Assembly (NCBI GenBank): GCA_963665845.2
Contig: OY762492.1
Span: 32,001 to 96,000, forward strand
Length of the DNA: 64,000 bases
Direction of reading: 5' to 3'
Origin: Candidatus Poribacteria bacterium
GTDB lineage: Bacteria > Poribacteria > WGA-4E > GCA-2687025
Part shown: one piece after another, positions 27,822 to 37,825 of the stretch
Layout of the letters: each line of letters opens with the position of its first letter
Numbering within the stretch: position 1 is the first letter of the stretch
The notes under the pieces: generated by a model
What the model was told of the DNA's origin: nothing
The model's database searches: none
Seen by the model: the letters and a program-made list of their open reading frames with translations, nothing else
Translations under genes and position numbers: made by a program

Positions 27822-29882
27822 TCAAAACGGCTTCACAATGACCGATTTTTGGATCAGGTCTAAGGCGACGCCCGCCATCCCGACTAGAGCCAGTCCACAC
27901 CAGAAGCCTGCCAGCAGAACAGGGTTGTACCGAGACCAGCGGTTCCGCCCAAACCGCTTGATCATCGCATACCGCCCGACAAGCGCGCCGACAAACTGCA
28001 ATAAAAACTGCCCAGGGTCGGCGCCGAGACCGCCGATGAACCCGTACCCCGCGATATGTTTATACGGCAGGCGCGCCGCGACGCTCAACCCGTACACCCC
28101 CAGCGACGCGACCATGCCGACCATCACAAAGGCGGGGCGTATCGCCTGCAGCTGTTCGCTGTGTCCGTCGCGCAGGGCGGTGATCCAGAGCGCGCGCTGC
28201 GTCGCAAAGATGGGCCACATCATCTGCGAAAACTGGTACTGCGCGGACGGAATCGGCGCCAGCTTCCAGATGAAATGCCACGCCGCAATGCCCGCAATGA
28301 GCAGCACGGGCCAGGCGATGAAATCCGCCAAAACGCGGCTTGTAAAGGTGGTGCCGGTCAGCTCCAGAACGCGCCACCGCTCCGTCTCCGTTCCGTAGTC
28401 TTCGTTCGGGAAGGGGGCGAACCAGATGTCGATCTCGTCGTATTTGCTGAGAATAAAGGTTGCCTCGCGGATATACGGTATATCGAACAGGTCGCGGCTC
28501 ATGATGCCGAATGTCCGCGCGCTGATATACGAGTTGAGCGGCGTGTATAAGAAACCGAAGCCGAGCAGAAACGCGAGCGGGAAATTCGGGATGAGGCGGT
28601 GAACCACATACACATAGCCCGCCATGCCCAACGCCCAGATGAGCAGCGTCGCCCAGAGCGGGAAGTCGCCCCGCCCCGCCGGGACTTTCCATGTGCCGCC
28701 TTCTCCGACTCCCGGCGCCTGCGCGTTCGCCTGCCTTCTCCGACGCGCCCATAGCATGGACGCGATGGTGCCTAAACCTAAAATCGCAAAGGCGAAGCTG
28801 CGCCCGTACCCAAAACTCATCCAAAAATCGAGGCTGTTGCGCAGCATCGTCACCCGGACATCCATGCCTGGTTCCCAGGTGTTCAGTATATCTTGGCGGT
28901 ACAGAAACGGGTTTAGGATAAACTGCGAAAAACATGCCGCCACAAATTGCGCCACCACAACAGGAATCGGCATGACGAACCCATGCAAGATCTGGCTCGC
29001 GTCCGTATGGATGGCGAAGACGCCTGTCGGGGCGAAGCTCTCGACGCTCTGCGTGAAATCGATAAACGGAATGGGGATGATGCGCAGCGGCTCCGACATG
29101 CCCAGCGCGCCGCTCACCTGCGGTATGCCGACATACACCGCGCCCCATGCCATGCCGATGATGGAGCCGATGCTGAAAACCCGCCAGCGCCATGTCTCCG
29201 TCTTCGTCGTGCTTTCGGCTAAAGCGGTCGCGCCCTGGGCGTGTACGGGCGCCATCGGGTACGGCAGTTTCTCAAAGTCGGCGGTGAGCCTGTATAAGAA
29301 GTAGCTGCCGGAGAGATGGCGCATCCTCCCTAACAGCTGCAAGATGAGCATGAGCGTGATGGGACCGACGGCGATGCCGAACACGGTTCGTTTGTCGCGG
29401 GCGGCGATCCACCAGTCCTTATGCAGCAGCGACCGCTCCGCATGCGCCTCCGAGTCTTTGGGCGGTATTGACCAGTCCGGCACCTTGTCCGAGACCTCAA
29501 ACGATTCCGCCTGCTGCGAGTTGATGAAGTAGGAGTCGAAGATGTAGTGGCTGTACTGTCCCCCCGCGCCGACGGCGGCGCCTGTCAACGCGAGCAGGAT
29601 ATACAGCTCCTGGCGGCGCGCTGTTTGAAAGGATCGGCGGGCGATCTCCGTAAACAGAATCACCGCGACCCACGGCGCCGCGGCCCCGCCCGCGCCTTGA
29701 CCCGTCTGTATCGACAGGTACAACGCGCCGGGCATCATCAGAAAGCCGACGAAAAAGGCGCCGAGCAGCACCTTCAGCGTCAAGCCCGATTCAAAACGGC
29801 GATGCCCCTCGTCCGTCTCATAACGTTTTGCCCATGACTGCATCTCCTCAGCCAAGGACTCCGATCTGCGTTGTCTTGCCAC
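27822..29882 (-). CDS. OPT-superfamily-like polytopic transporter
   Basis: Many TM helices; WVAVILFTEIARRS, EKLPYPMAPV, FSIGSIIG, IPIPFIDFT. Confidence 0.7.
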   Translation of the reverse strand: MARQRRSESLAEEMQSWAKRYETDEGHRRFESGLTLKVLLGAFFVGFLMMPGALYLSIQTGQGAGGAAAPWVAVILFTEIARRSFQTARRQELYILLALTGAAVGAGGQYSHYIFDSYFINSQQAESFEVSDKVPDWSIPPKDSEAHAERSLLHKDWWIAARDKRTVFGIAVGPITLMLILQLLGRMRHLSGSYFLYRLTADFEKLPYPMAPVHAQGATALAESTTKTETWRWRVFSIGSIIGMAWGAVYVGIPQVSGALGMSEPLRIIPIPFIDFTQSVESFAPTGVFAIHTDASQILHGFVMPIPVVVAQFVAACFSQFILNPFLYRQDILNTWEPGMDVRVTMLRNSLDFWMSFGYGRSFAFAILGLGTIASMLWARRRRQANAQAPGVGEGGTWKVPAGRGDFPLWATLLIWALGMAGYVYVVHRLIPNFPLAFLLGFGFLYTPLNSYISARTFGIMSRDLFDIPYIREATFILSKYDEIDIWFAPFPNEDYGTETERWRVLELTGTTFTSRVLADFIAWPVLLIAGIAAWHFIWKLAPIPSAQYQFSQMMWPIFATQRALWITALRDGHSEQLQAIRPAFVMVGMVASLGVYGLSVAARLPYKHIAGYGFIGGLGADPGQFLLQFVGALVGRYAMIKRFGRNRWSRYNPVLLAGFWCGLALVGMAGVALDLIQKSVIVKPF

Positions 29883-29906
29883 TCGACTCCCTCTAAGGCG
29901 CCATGT

Positions 29907-32900
29907 TTAGTCGGAAGCGAACGCGGGCTGGCTTTCCTCGCGTCCGCGCGCGTGAAACTCGCCCCGCAGCTCCACATTGAAGGTGCGCCATATCAACAAT
30001 TGCTTGCGTATCAAATTGAGAAAGCGCCGGTTGACCCGCTTCCACGACGCGATCTCCCCGCTCTCGCGGTAGATCGTCAGGTGAATGCGGCACAGGTCTT
30101 CCTCCTCGCCCCCGACGGGCGACGTCTGCAAACTGATCCGCTGGCTCACTCCAAGATCGTACGGCGCAAGCCAGATCATCATCTCAATTGCAAACTGCTC
30201 CTTAGACTCTCCCTCTGGACGTTCACGTTTAAACGTTACATTGTCGGCGTAAAAGTCGCTTGCCGATTCATCCGCATGCGCCTCAAAATAGTCGCGCATG
30301 AAGATGTTCAGTCCAAGCGCCTCTTCGCCCAAAACCGTAAACGGCAGATCAAAATTCCACTCGTCGCCGTCCGGGTCGGGCAGCCTCCATTTGCGTTCAA
30401 TGTCCGGCACCGCCATGCGCCCCGCTTTAATCGCCGGGTAGAGCGTTGACGCCAAAACAACAAACATAACGATCATCGTTGCATAGACCGTCGAACGCGC
30501 CGAATAGTTGAGCGTCAAACCGGCGAGCCATCCTGTCTGCACAAGGGTCCATGCGGTCGCCTGACCAATCAAATATCCGACCACCGCTCCCAAAACCGCA
30601 TAGACGCACGCCTCCGCCATGAACAAAAACGCGATATGGACGGGCGCCAAACCGACCGCGCTGTAGATGCCGATCTCGCGGACGCGCTCATAGACGGCGC
30701 CCAGCATCGTGTTCAACACAATCAGCGCGGCAATCAAAATCGGAATGAACAGGTTGCTCATCTGCTCCGTCGATGAGCCGCCAATGGAGCTGTAAAGATA
30801 GACGTTGCGCCCCTTGCCGACAAAAAAGTCCAAGCCCGACCGCTTCATGATCGGCGCCATGACCGCGTCAATCTTCTGCTCTACCGAGACGCCTTCGGGA
30901 AGCTCCTTGTTCAGATCCTGCATGTTGACCGCAACCGACTTCACATTGCCGCCTGAATCGAGCGCCAGCTGATAAGGTATGACCGCAATCTGATCAGGCG
31001 GAAGGTGCTGATATTTCTGCAGCTCGCCCTCCAGCGTCTCATCGGTCGATTGCCGCTGTTGCTGCTGCTGGAGGAGCGTGTAGTCGACAGGCGTCAGCTC
31101 TTCGCCGTCCAGATCGCGCAGCTCCTTGAAGTCGATGCCGAGAACGCCTACGACGGTGAAATCGGCGCCGAGAAGTCGAACCTGCGCCGTCTCATTCACA
31201 ACCGCTTCTTCCGTGATTCCAAGCGAGTCCGCCATTCCCTTCGGCAGAACGCACACGTAGGCGTCCCGCTCGTTCTCCTCAAACCAGCGTCCGTACGCCA
31301 GCTTCGAATCGATGCGCGTTACCCGCTTTTCTTCGGGCGCCATGCCGACCAGCATAGCGGCGTTGTACGCCCTGTCAGGCTCCATGAGGCTTTCGATGCG
31401 GATGGAGGACTGGTTTCCGACGCTTGCCGACTCATACCATGCCCGCGGGGCGACGACGTTGGTCGCTTCTATCTGGTACGTCTCGCCGTCCGCGCGCGCT
31501 TCGATGGTCGATTTAGAAAAGTTTGTCTTGGCGCCTTCGACGACCGGCTCCTCCAGCGGGCGCCAGTACTGATCGCGTATCAGCGCGCCTTGATAGCTCG
31601 GCGTCACGCCCGGTATGCGCGTTGAGTGCGCCCGTATCTCCGTCCGAACCGAGGTGAAGGAGATGACCGTAAAGGTGAGGGCGATGAGCGTCGCGCAGGT
31701 CAACAGGGTGCGCCCGCGCCGCTTGCGCATGTTGGAGATGCCGAGAGAGAACGCCGCCGCGCTCGCCGACAGGCGCCCGACATCCGCCTTGTAGATGCGC
31801 GACTTCTCCCGCCGCATCTGCTCCAGCTGCTCGTTGAACTTGCGCAAAATGATCGAGATAACAACGATGGTGAGCGCGAGAATGATGAACGCGATCAGGA
31901 TGATGAACGCTGTCTCGGCGATCTCAAACGCCGGATGGACGCGGCTTAAAAAGAAAAAGACGGCTAAGAAGATGCCGAAGGTGTAAAGGATGCGCTTGTT
32001 GATATTCGTCGCTGAAAAGAGGAGCCGTTCCCCAAAAAGCGAGAACGGCAGCAGCAGAAACAGGTAGAACATGACGCCGCGGATCACATCGTTGCCGGTC
32101 GCTTTGACGTCTGGATAGGCGATCGATTCGTTGCCCCATCCCGCGCGCGCCTTTTTGAGCGCCGCAGAGTATTCGTTCGCCGCGAGCAGCGTCTCCGCCT
32201 CGTTCAGCAGGCGCGCCGCTTCGCCATGCAGCTCCTCTAGGCGCTGGTTGCTGATGCCGTAACGTCTGTACATGCCGATGCGCGCCTCGTCCAGACGCCA
32301 CATGTCCTGAACGACCACATACGGCGTGACGCGGATGGAGCCGTTTTCAAGCGCCAGATACCCTTCGCCTGTGTAAAGCGTCGGGTTTTCGACGTTCGTC
32401 TCGGTCGCCTTCACCAGAAGCAGCAGCTTGCCGAGCAGCCCCGACGTCATGCTGATTTTGACGCGCGCGCCCGGTTCCGAATAGACCAGCGCGATCGGCT
32501 CCGCCGCGGACACCATCGGCTGCGACCATGGCGCGGACGCCCCGTAACGCTCCGGCGGCGCGTCCCGAAAAGCGTCAAACACCTGCAGAGAGGTCAGCGT
32601 ACGCAGATAGCGCTGGTCGACAAGATCGTAGATCGTGGTGCTGACGCATGGAAACGCGACCACATTTGCGCCGACGCGCCGGCGGTTCACGGCCACATTG
32701 CGCGGATAGATCTTGTCGCCGAACTCGCCCAGGTCGGGCGCATACGCAATATCGCCCGAATCTTTGTCGAGAACAAACGCCTCGACCGTTTGCCGCCCGC
32801 CTGGACGGCGCGTCGCCCTGCCCTCCATCGCCAAGCCGCTGACGACATACTTGCCTTTCTGGTTGCCTAATACGGTCAGGTCGCCGCGGACGCCCATCAT

Positions 32901-35900
32901 CGTTTTGTTGCGGCGGCGCACGATGACGACCGCGTCCTGAACGGGCGTCTGCGGAACGGCGCTCTCCCGCGCGTCATACTCGACGACACGCCCGGTGAGC
33001 GTCACATAAAAGTTGCCGACGCGCGCCGAGGTCGGCATCTTCGGATCGCGCAGCGTCTGAACCATGAGAGACGCGAGCGTCTGTACCTGCTCGCTTAGGT
33101 TTTCAAAGTTGAGCCTGTCGTAGGTGTCCAGCGGCGTGTCGGTATAAACGCGCCCGTCGTTCACGGTGGCGAACGCGATTCCTGTTTTGCCGGACAGCGT
33201 CGCCACCTCCGAGTCGAAGGCGATCTTGCCGGGGATGTAGGTCTGCCAAGTGTTGCCGCCGCTGGCGCTGATGGCGTTCACAAAGTTGGTCTCGGAGCGG
33301 ATGCCCGCCATGCTTGTCAAGGCGCGCAGGTCGCTGATCTCCTCCTCCGTCAGCTCTTCGATGGGAACATTCTTGAGCGCCAGCATCTTTTCAACGCGCG
33401 CGAAAAGCCGTTTCGTCGATTTGCGGCGGCGGCGCGTCTCGCGTATGTCGTTGCGGACGAACCGCTCCGCCTCCTTGCGGATGTAGTCGATGTCTTTCAA
33501 CATCGTTTTGGACGGCTCGCCTTTCTCGCGCATGTCTTCAAACTGCAGCTTCATCAAACGGCTCACGCCGCCGAGCGTTTTGAGCGTGTCGTAATGGTCA
33601 AAGACAAGCGTTTCAAGCGTCTTGCCTTCCAGCTCCTCCAGCGCCGCTAAGCGGTCGGCGACCGCCCATTGACTTGTTAAAATCGCCTGTTTGATATGGT
33701 CGTCGGGAAATTTGCGCAGCGTCTCAAGGTTCCGCTTCAGGTTCGCGTTCAACGCATATTCGGACAGCTTATTGCCGATGGGGGCATATTCTCGGCGCAG
33801 GCTGAATTCGCGGTTGTCGTCGTAAAACCAGCCCTTGTAAAAGACGCCGAAATCTTTGCTCTGCGTTGACAAATCCAGCGAGACGACAAGCGACTGATAA
33901 TACTGCCCCAGTTCCTGTTGAAGCTGAAGCGACTGAATCACATTGCCGATGCGTTCTGAATACTCCGCCGTGTCGATGCGCGAGAGCCGCTCCACACGTT
34001 TATGTACATTCCGCACGCGCGAGTTGCGCATCGTCAGGAGGTTGTTGCGCAGGAGCCGTTTTTCGTCTTCGTTGTATGCTCTGTCCATGGAGGGCAGCTC
34101 TTGTGCCAGGCGGTTCAGCTCCAAGATGTCGTTGCGCGCCTGACGCAGCGCCTTTTCCAGAAGCGATTTTTCCTCATGCTCCGCGAACAGCTGGCGGCGC
34201 GCCGTCTCCAGCGTTTTCATGTCTTCTTGAGATAAATGGCGGCGAAGGGCAAGCCGTTCTTCATGGCGAAACTCGCGCTGGAGCCTGTCCGACTCCGACA
34301 GCGTCAACAGCTGCTCAATGCGGCGCGGCTCCCACTCAATGCGCCGGCGGGCGATCTCCAGATAGCGCGCCGCCTCGCGGGACGCCGCCTCCTTCGCCTT
34401 CGGGTCGCGCATCTCTTCGTATATGCGCCCCATTGCCGCCAGTTCGTCTTCGGTTAAGTACATCTCCAGCAGACGTTTCGCGTCTCGAAACGACCCGTCC
34501 AGCAAGCCGTCCATCGCTTCTATGTCGGCGTCGCGTTCGCCGGAGGTTTCAAACGCGGCCGCCGATTCCAGCGCCGTATTCAGCAGCCGCCTCTCGTCGG
34601 ACAGGTAGCTCTCGCTGTCCAGTTCCCGCTCATGCAGCGCGGCGCGCGCCCGGCGAATGCGCCCCAGCTCCAGCGCTGTCAGGTGCCGTCCGAGTATCTT
34701 GTCGGGGACATACATGCGGGCGATGCGCCCTCTTTCGATCTCCCAATCTTCCAGCGCCTGCGGCTCCGCTAGGCTTGCCAGCGCCTCGTTCGGGTCGATC
34801 TGTCCGTAGCCCGGTATGGCGGCGGTCGGCATCTGCGGGGCGGAACTCAACAGTTCGGCGCGCAGATAAAGCGGGAGAATCGAATCGGTTTCATCGCGCG
34901 GATATTCGCCGCCGTATTCCCCCTTCGCCAGGCTTTCGGCGATGGCGTCCATCGCCCAGACATCCACCTTCGCCAACGGCAGCGCAATGTCGATGATCTG
35001 CCGCCGCTCCGTGTCGCGCGCCTGCCGCAAGGCGGCCGCTTTCAAGTCGCCGACGCGCGCCGCGATGCCCTTTAAAAACTGCGCCGTCTGAATGCCTAAA
35101 AACTCCGCCCGCGCCAAACCGGTGTCCAGAAGGGCGCGCTCCTCGTCGGTGAACTCCTGGCGGTCGCGGTTTTTGGAAAGGTCAACCGTCGTGCGTTTCC
35201 GCTCATCCTCTTTAAAGGAGCGCTGCTGCTCCTTTAACCGATCCACGCGCGACTGAACGGCGCTCAAATCTTCTAAACTCAACTCAACCGATTTCAGATC
35301 GGTCGACAGCGCCTCCACCCGGTGAAAGAAGGCGGGCGGAAACTCGACCAGATAGCCGCGGTCAATCGACAGCGCGATCTTGCGCCCCAGCTCGGAAAAC
35401 TCGATGGCGTCGGAATTCAGGTCGCGCCGAAGTTCCCGCATCGCCTCGACATTGTCTTGACTCAACCCCTCCATGAAAGCGCGCATGCCTGACAAGCCTG
35501 AAAAATGCCCTCCCGTCGCCAAAAACAGCGCCGAACGGCTAGGGCGGAATTCCGGCTGGCTCAAGAGGCGTATCAGTTCCAGCATCGCTGCGATGCCGCT
35601 GGTCGTCTGCGCTCCCGGCGCCAGAGACGGAACGACCGACATCGAATCGTAATAGGTCTGAATGACAATCAGCTCGTCGCGGAGAGACGGATCGCTCCCG
35701 CGCAGAAGCCCCGTGATGTTCTGCCCCTGCCGGCTTTCCCAGCGCACATCGCAGGTGAGCTGGGCGTCCAAAGCCGCGCCGGCGTCCATCTCTTTCAATA
35801 AAAATTCGGCGTCGTCGCGTCCGATCCAGAAGCGGGGAATGCTTGCCGGCACCGTCAAAAACTTGTTCTCCGCCGCGCCGCGCAAGGTGTCTTCAGGCTC

Positions 35901-36983
35901 TATGAACAAGACCGCCTGCGCGCCCAGCATCGCGGCGTTGATCCAGTTGGAGCTGGCGTTGAAGTCGATGAGAGCGACGGCGCCCTGCGGTATGAAAAGG
36001 GAAGCTTCGTCCGCCTTGGCGGGGTCTTCATCCGCCGTTTCGTCAATGTTACCGTCCTCGTCGTTGTCGATCCCGTCGGACGCCCAGCCGGCGATGGTGG
36101 AGAGTGGATCGATTTCGCCGTCCTCATCGATTTCGCCGTCTCCGTCGTTGTCGATGCCGTCCGTTGAGCGGCTCAAATGCAGGTTTAGGATGTCGTCCAG
36201 AATGGCGCCGGTCGTCACGCGGTGGCGGCGCGCGACCGACTCCAACGTGTCGCCCGGTTGAACAGAGACCCAGAAGCCGCCGATCGGCTGCCCGTCAAAA
36301 TCGGACAGGTCGCCTGTCCCGCCGTATGCCAAACGCCCTTCAAGCCCGCCTGTTGGGATGAAGATCGGCGCGCCTTCTACAGGCGTGATCTCTCCGTCCA
36401 GATCGGCGTCGTCCACATAGCCGTCGTTGTCGTTGTCTAAGCCGTCGCTGCGTTGACCGCGGAGGGAGGCGTTGCGCGGGTCGTTCACGATGGCGTCCGC
36501 GCTGACGCGGTAGTCGGAGGCGAGGGAGGCTAACGTTTCGCCCTGCCCGACGCGCCGTTTCAACCCGTTCGGAATGAAGGAGGTGCGCGCCAAATTCGGC
36601 CAGATCGAACGCACATCAATCTGGCGCAGTACCGTTCCGTTTGATGAGACGGTCAGGCGTCCGCTTTCGCGTTCCACGGGCGTTGCGACGGAGAAGGAGC
36701 GCGACTCAACCTCCTCTAGCCCAAGATCATGGAACCGGTCGAACACATACTTTGCGGCGCTGTCGGCTCCTGGGTAGCCGACGATGCGCGACTCCAGCGC
36801 CGTTAGACGCGCCATATCGCGTTTGATCCGATCGATCTCGACGGCTTGCCGAATCGCTTCCGCGTCCTCGGAGAGCGTCAACTTGGAACGCTGCGCATGC
36901 GAGGAGATAAACGGGAGCGCCGCCAGCGCCAGAAGAACGGCAAGCAAGAGCCGCTTTTTTTCAGAACCGCAAATCGTTTTCAT
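29907..36983 (-). CDS. giant exported LysM/PA/M28-like protein fused to FtsX/MacB-type permease
   Basis: Signal peptide; SRIVGYPGADSAAKYV; 2 LysM; NITGLLRGSD..YYDS; ISNMRKRRGRTLLT; AVYERVREIGIYSAVGL. Confidence 0.85.
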   Translation of the reverse strand: MKTICGSEKKRLLLAVLLALAALPFISSHAQRSKLTLSEDAEAIRQAVEIDRIKRDMARLTALESRIVGYPGADSAAKYVFDRFHDLGLEEVESRSFSVATPVERESGRLTVSSNGTVLRQIDVRSIWPNLARTSFIPNGLKRRVGQGETLASLASDYRVSADAIVNDPRNASLRGQRSDGLDNDNDGYVDDADLDGEITPVEGAPIFIPTGGLEGRLAYGGTGDLSDFDGQPIGGFWVSVQPGDTLESVARRHRVTTGAILDDILNLHLSRSTDGIDNDGDGEIDEDGEIDPLSTIAGWASDGIDNDEDGNIDETADEDPAKADEASLFIPQGAVALIDFNASSNWINAAMLGAQAVLFIEPEDTLRGAAENKFLTVPASIPRFWIGRDDAEFLLKEMDAGAALDAQLTCDVRWESRQGQNITGLLRGSDPSLRDELIVIQTYYDSMSVVPSLAPGAQTTSGIAAMLELIRLLSQPEFRPSRSALFLATGGHFSGLSGMRAFMEGLSQDNVEAMRELRRDLNSDAIEFSELGRKIALSIDRGYLVEFPPAFFHRVEALSTDLKSVELSLEDLSAVQSRVDRLKEQQRSFKEDERKRTTVDLSKNRDRQEFTDEERALLDTGLARAEFLGIQTAQFLKGIAARVGDLKAAALRQARDTERRQIIDIALPLAKVDVWAMDAIAESLAKGEYGGEYPRDETDSILPLYLRAELLSSAPQMPTAAIPGYGQIDPNEALASLAEPQALEDWEIERGRIARMYVPDKILGRHLTALELGRIRRARAALHERELDSESYLSDERRLLNTALESAAAFETSGERDADIEAMDGLLDGSFRDAKRLLEMYLTEDELAAMGRIYEEMRDPKAKEAASREAARYLEIARRRIEWEPRRIEQLLTLSESDRLQREFRHEERLALRRHLSQEDMKTLETARRQLFAEHEEKSLLEKALRQARNDILELNRLAQELPSMDRAYNEDEKRLLRNNLLTMRNSRVRNVHKRVERLSRIDTAEYSERIGNVIQSLQLQQELGQYYQSLVVSLDLSTQSKDFGVFYKGWFYDDNREFSLRREYAPIGNKLSEYALNANLKRNLETLRKFPDDHIKQAILTSQWAVADRLAALEELEGKTLETLVFDHYDTLKTLGGVSRLMKLQFEDMREKGEPSKTMLKDIDYIRKEAERFVRNDIRETRRRRKSTKRLFARVEKMLALKNVPIEELTEEEISDLRALTSMAGIRSETNFVNAISASGGNTWQTYIPGKIAFDSEVATLSGKTGIAFATVNDGRVYTDTPLDTYDRLNFENLSEQVQTLASLMVQTLRDPKMPTSARVGNFYVTLTGRVVEYDARESAVPQTPVQDAVVIVRRRNKTMMGVRGDLTVLGNQKGKYVVSGLAMEGRATRRPGGRQTVEAFVLDKDSGDIAYAPDLGEFGDKIYPRNVAVNRRRVGANVVAFPCVSTTIYDLVDQRYLRTLTSLQVFDAFRDAPPERYGASAPWSQPMVSAAEPIALVYSEPGARVKISMTSGLLGKLLLLVKATETNVENPTLYTGEGYLALENGSIRVTPYVVVQDMWRLDEARIGMYRRYGISNQRLEELHGEAARLLNEAETLLAANEYSAALKKARAGWGNESIAYPDVKATGNDVIRGVMFYLFLLLPFSLFGERLLFSATNINKRILYTFGIFLAVFFFLSRVHPAFEIAETAFIILIAFIILALTIVVISIILRKFNEQLEQMRREKSRIYKADVGRLSASAAAFSLGISNMRKRRGRTLLTCATLIALTFTVISFTSVRTEIRAHSTRIPGVTPSYQGALIRDQYWRPLEEPVVEGAKTNFSKSTIEARADGETYQIEATNVVAPRAWYESASVGNQSSIRIESLMEPDRAYNAAMLVGMAPEEKRVTRIDSKLAYGRWFEENERDAYVCVLPKGMADSLGITEEAVVNETAQVRLLGADFTVVGVLGIDFKELRDLDGEELTPVDYTLLQQQQQRQSTDETLEGELQKYQHLPPDQIAVIPYQLALDSGGNVKSVAVNMQDLNKELPEGVSVEQKIDAVMAPIMKRSGLDFFVGKGRNVYLYSSIGGSSTEQMSNLFIPILIAALIVLNTMLGAVYERVREIGIYSAVGLAPVHIAFLFMAEACVYAVLGAVVGYLIGQATAWTLVQTGWLAGLTLNYSARSTVYATMIVMFVVLASTLYPAIKAGRMAVPDIERKWRLPDPDGDEWNFDLPFTVLGEEALGLNIFMRDYFEAHADESASDFYADNVTFKRERPEGESKEQFAIEMMIWLAPYDLGVSQRISLQTSPVGGEEEDLCRIHLTIYRESGEIASWKRVNRRFLNLIRKQLLIWRTFNVELRGEFHARGREESQPAFASD

Positions 36984-37029
36984 ACCGCGTTATGCCAACT
37001 TTCGATGGTCGCCTCAACACACAGCCTAC

Positions 37030-37058
37030 ACTATACGCGAATGCGGACGCAATGTCAA
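37030..37058 (-). promoter_or_regulatory. sigma70 promoter of the giant-protein operon
   Basis: TTGACA-17bp-TATAGT. Confidence 0.75.
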
Positions 37059-37067
37059 CCGGACTTC

Positions 37068-37236
37068 CTGACCTTACGTCTTAAGTTGGGACATGTCGGC
37101 ATGCGAACGCGGACGTCTTCTGCGGCGGTCTCTGGATTCCCGCTTGCGCGGGAATGGCGACCTGGTTAGCAACGTCTTTTTCCCATGAATAAAGACTTTG
37201 GTCGTTCAAATGTCCCAACTTTCTGCATGAGGTCAG
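37068..37236. mobile_element. complete 169-bp MITE-like element (family A)
   Basis: 27-bp TIR CTGACCTTACGTCTTAAGTTGGGACAT / ATGTCCCAACTTTCTGCATGAGGTCAG (21/27), central GATTCCCGC..GCGGGAAT hairpin; partial copies elsewhere. Confidence 0.8.
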
Positions 37237-37246
37237 ACAGCGCCGC

Positions 37247-37275
37247 TTGACGCAGACGCCCCAACATTCTATCCT
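37247..37275 (+). promoter_or_regulatory. sigma70-like promoter
   Basis: TTGACG-17bp-TATCCT upstream of 37310. Confidence 0.55.
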
Positions 37276-37309
37276 CTCAACAGAAGACGCCTATATTGAA
37301 GGGTGAAAC

Positions 37310-37699
37310 ATGAGTCGATGCCCCCATTGCGGCGCAGATGTCAACAACGTTTCTACGACCGCTTCACAGGGCGGCGCGTCAACCTGCGGCGAATGCGGCG
37401 GCGCGCTGGAACAGACGCGGCATGAAGACGCCCCCGCCATGGTGGAGCGCATCGACTGGGTGAAGGCGGTCGGCGCGCCGCACCCGGTCGCCGGCGTCAT
37501 GCTGATGGGCGTTCTGGAGGCGGCGGAGATCCCCGCGCGGCTAGAGGAACGCTCCATCCCGGCATACGGCGCCATACCGAGCTCATGGAACGAAGACGCA
37601 TGGGGAATCATCTATGTCCCCGCCGAATACGCCGCCGAGGCGACTAGAGAGATTGAGGCGTATCTGAAGGCGCTGGACCTAGACGCGCATTCCGAATAA
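37310..37699 (+). CDS. zinc-ribbon + DUF2007-like protein
   Basis: CPHC...CGEC; GVLEAAEIPARL...IYVPAEYAAEA. Confidence 0.7.
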   Translation: MSRCPHCGADVNNVSTTASQGGASTCGECGGALEQTRHEDAPAMVERIDWVKAVGAPHPVAGVMLMGVLEAAEIPARLEERSIPAYGAIPSSWNEDAWGIIYVPAEYAAEATREIEAYLKALDLDAHSE

Positions 37700-37781
37700 G
37701 CCGCAAATGGCTAAGAACGGCGCGAAGGCGCAGGTCGGATGGTTCCATCGGCGGTATGAGGAGCATGACCCCATGGCCGTT

Positions 37782-37811
37782 GAGCTGGGGGATAGCGCCT
37801 TCCCCCAGCTC
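37782..37811. terminator. hairpin between convergent genes
   Basis: GAGCTGGGGGA-8nt-TCCCCCAGCTC perfect 11-bp stem; no clear U-tract. Confidence 0.55.
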
Positions 37812-37825
37812 GCCGCTTCATGGCC

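Noticed and set aside
36984-37310. RiPP precursor peptide for the PqqD protein
   Set aside because: The region is filled by promoters and a MITE; no credible short ORF with an RBS
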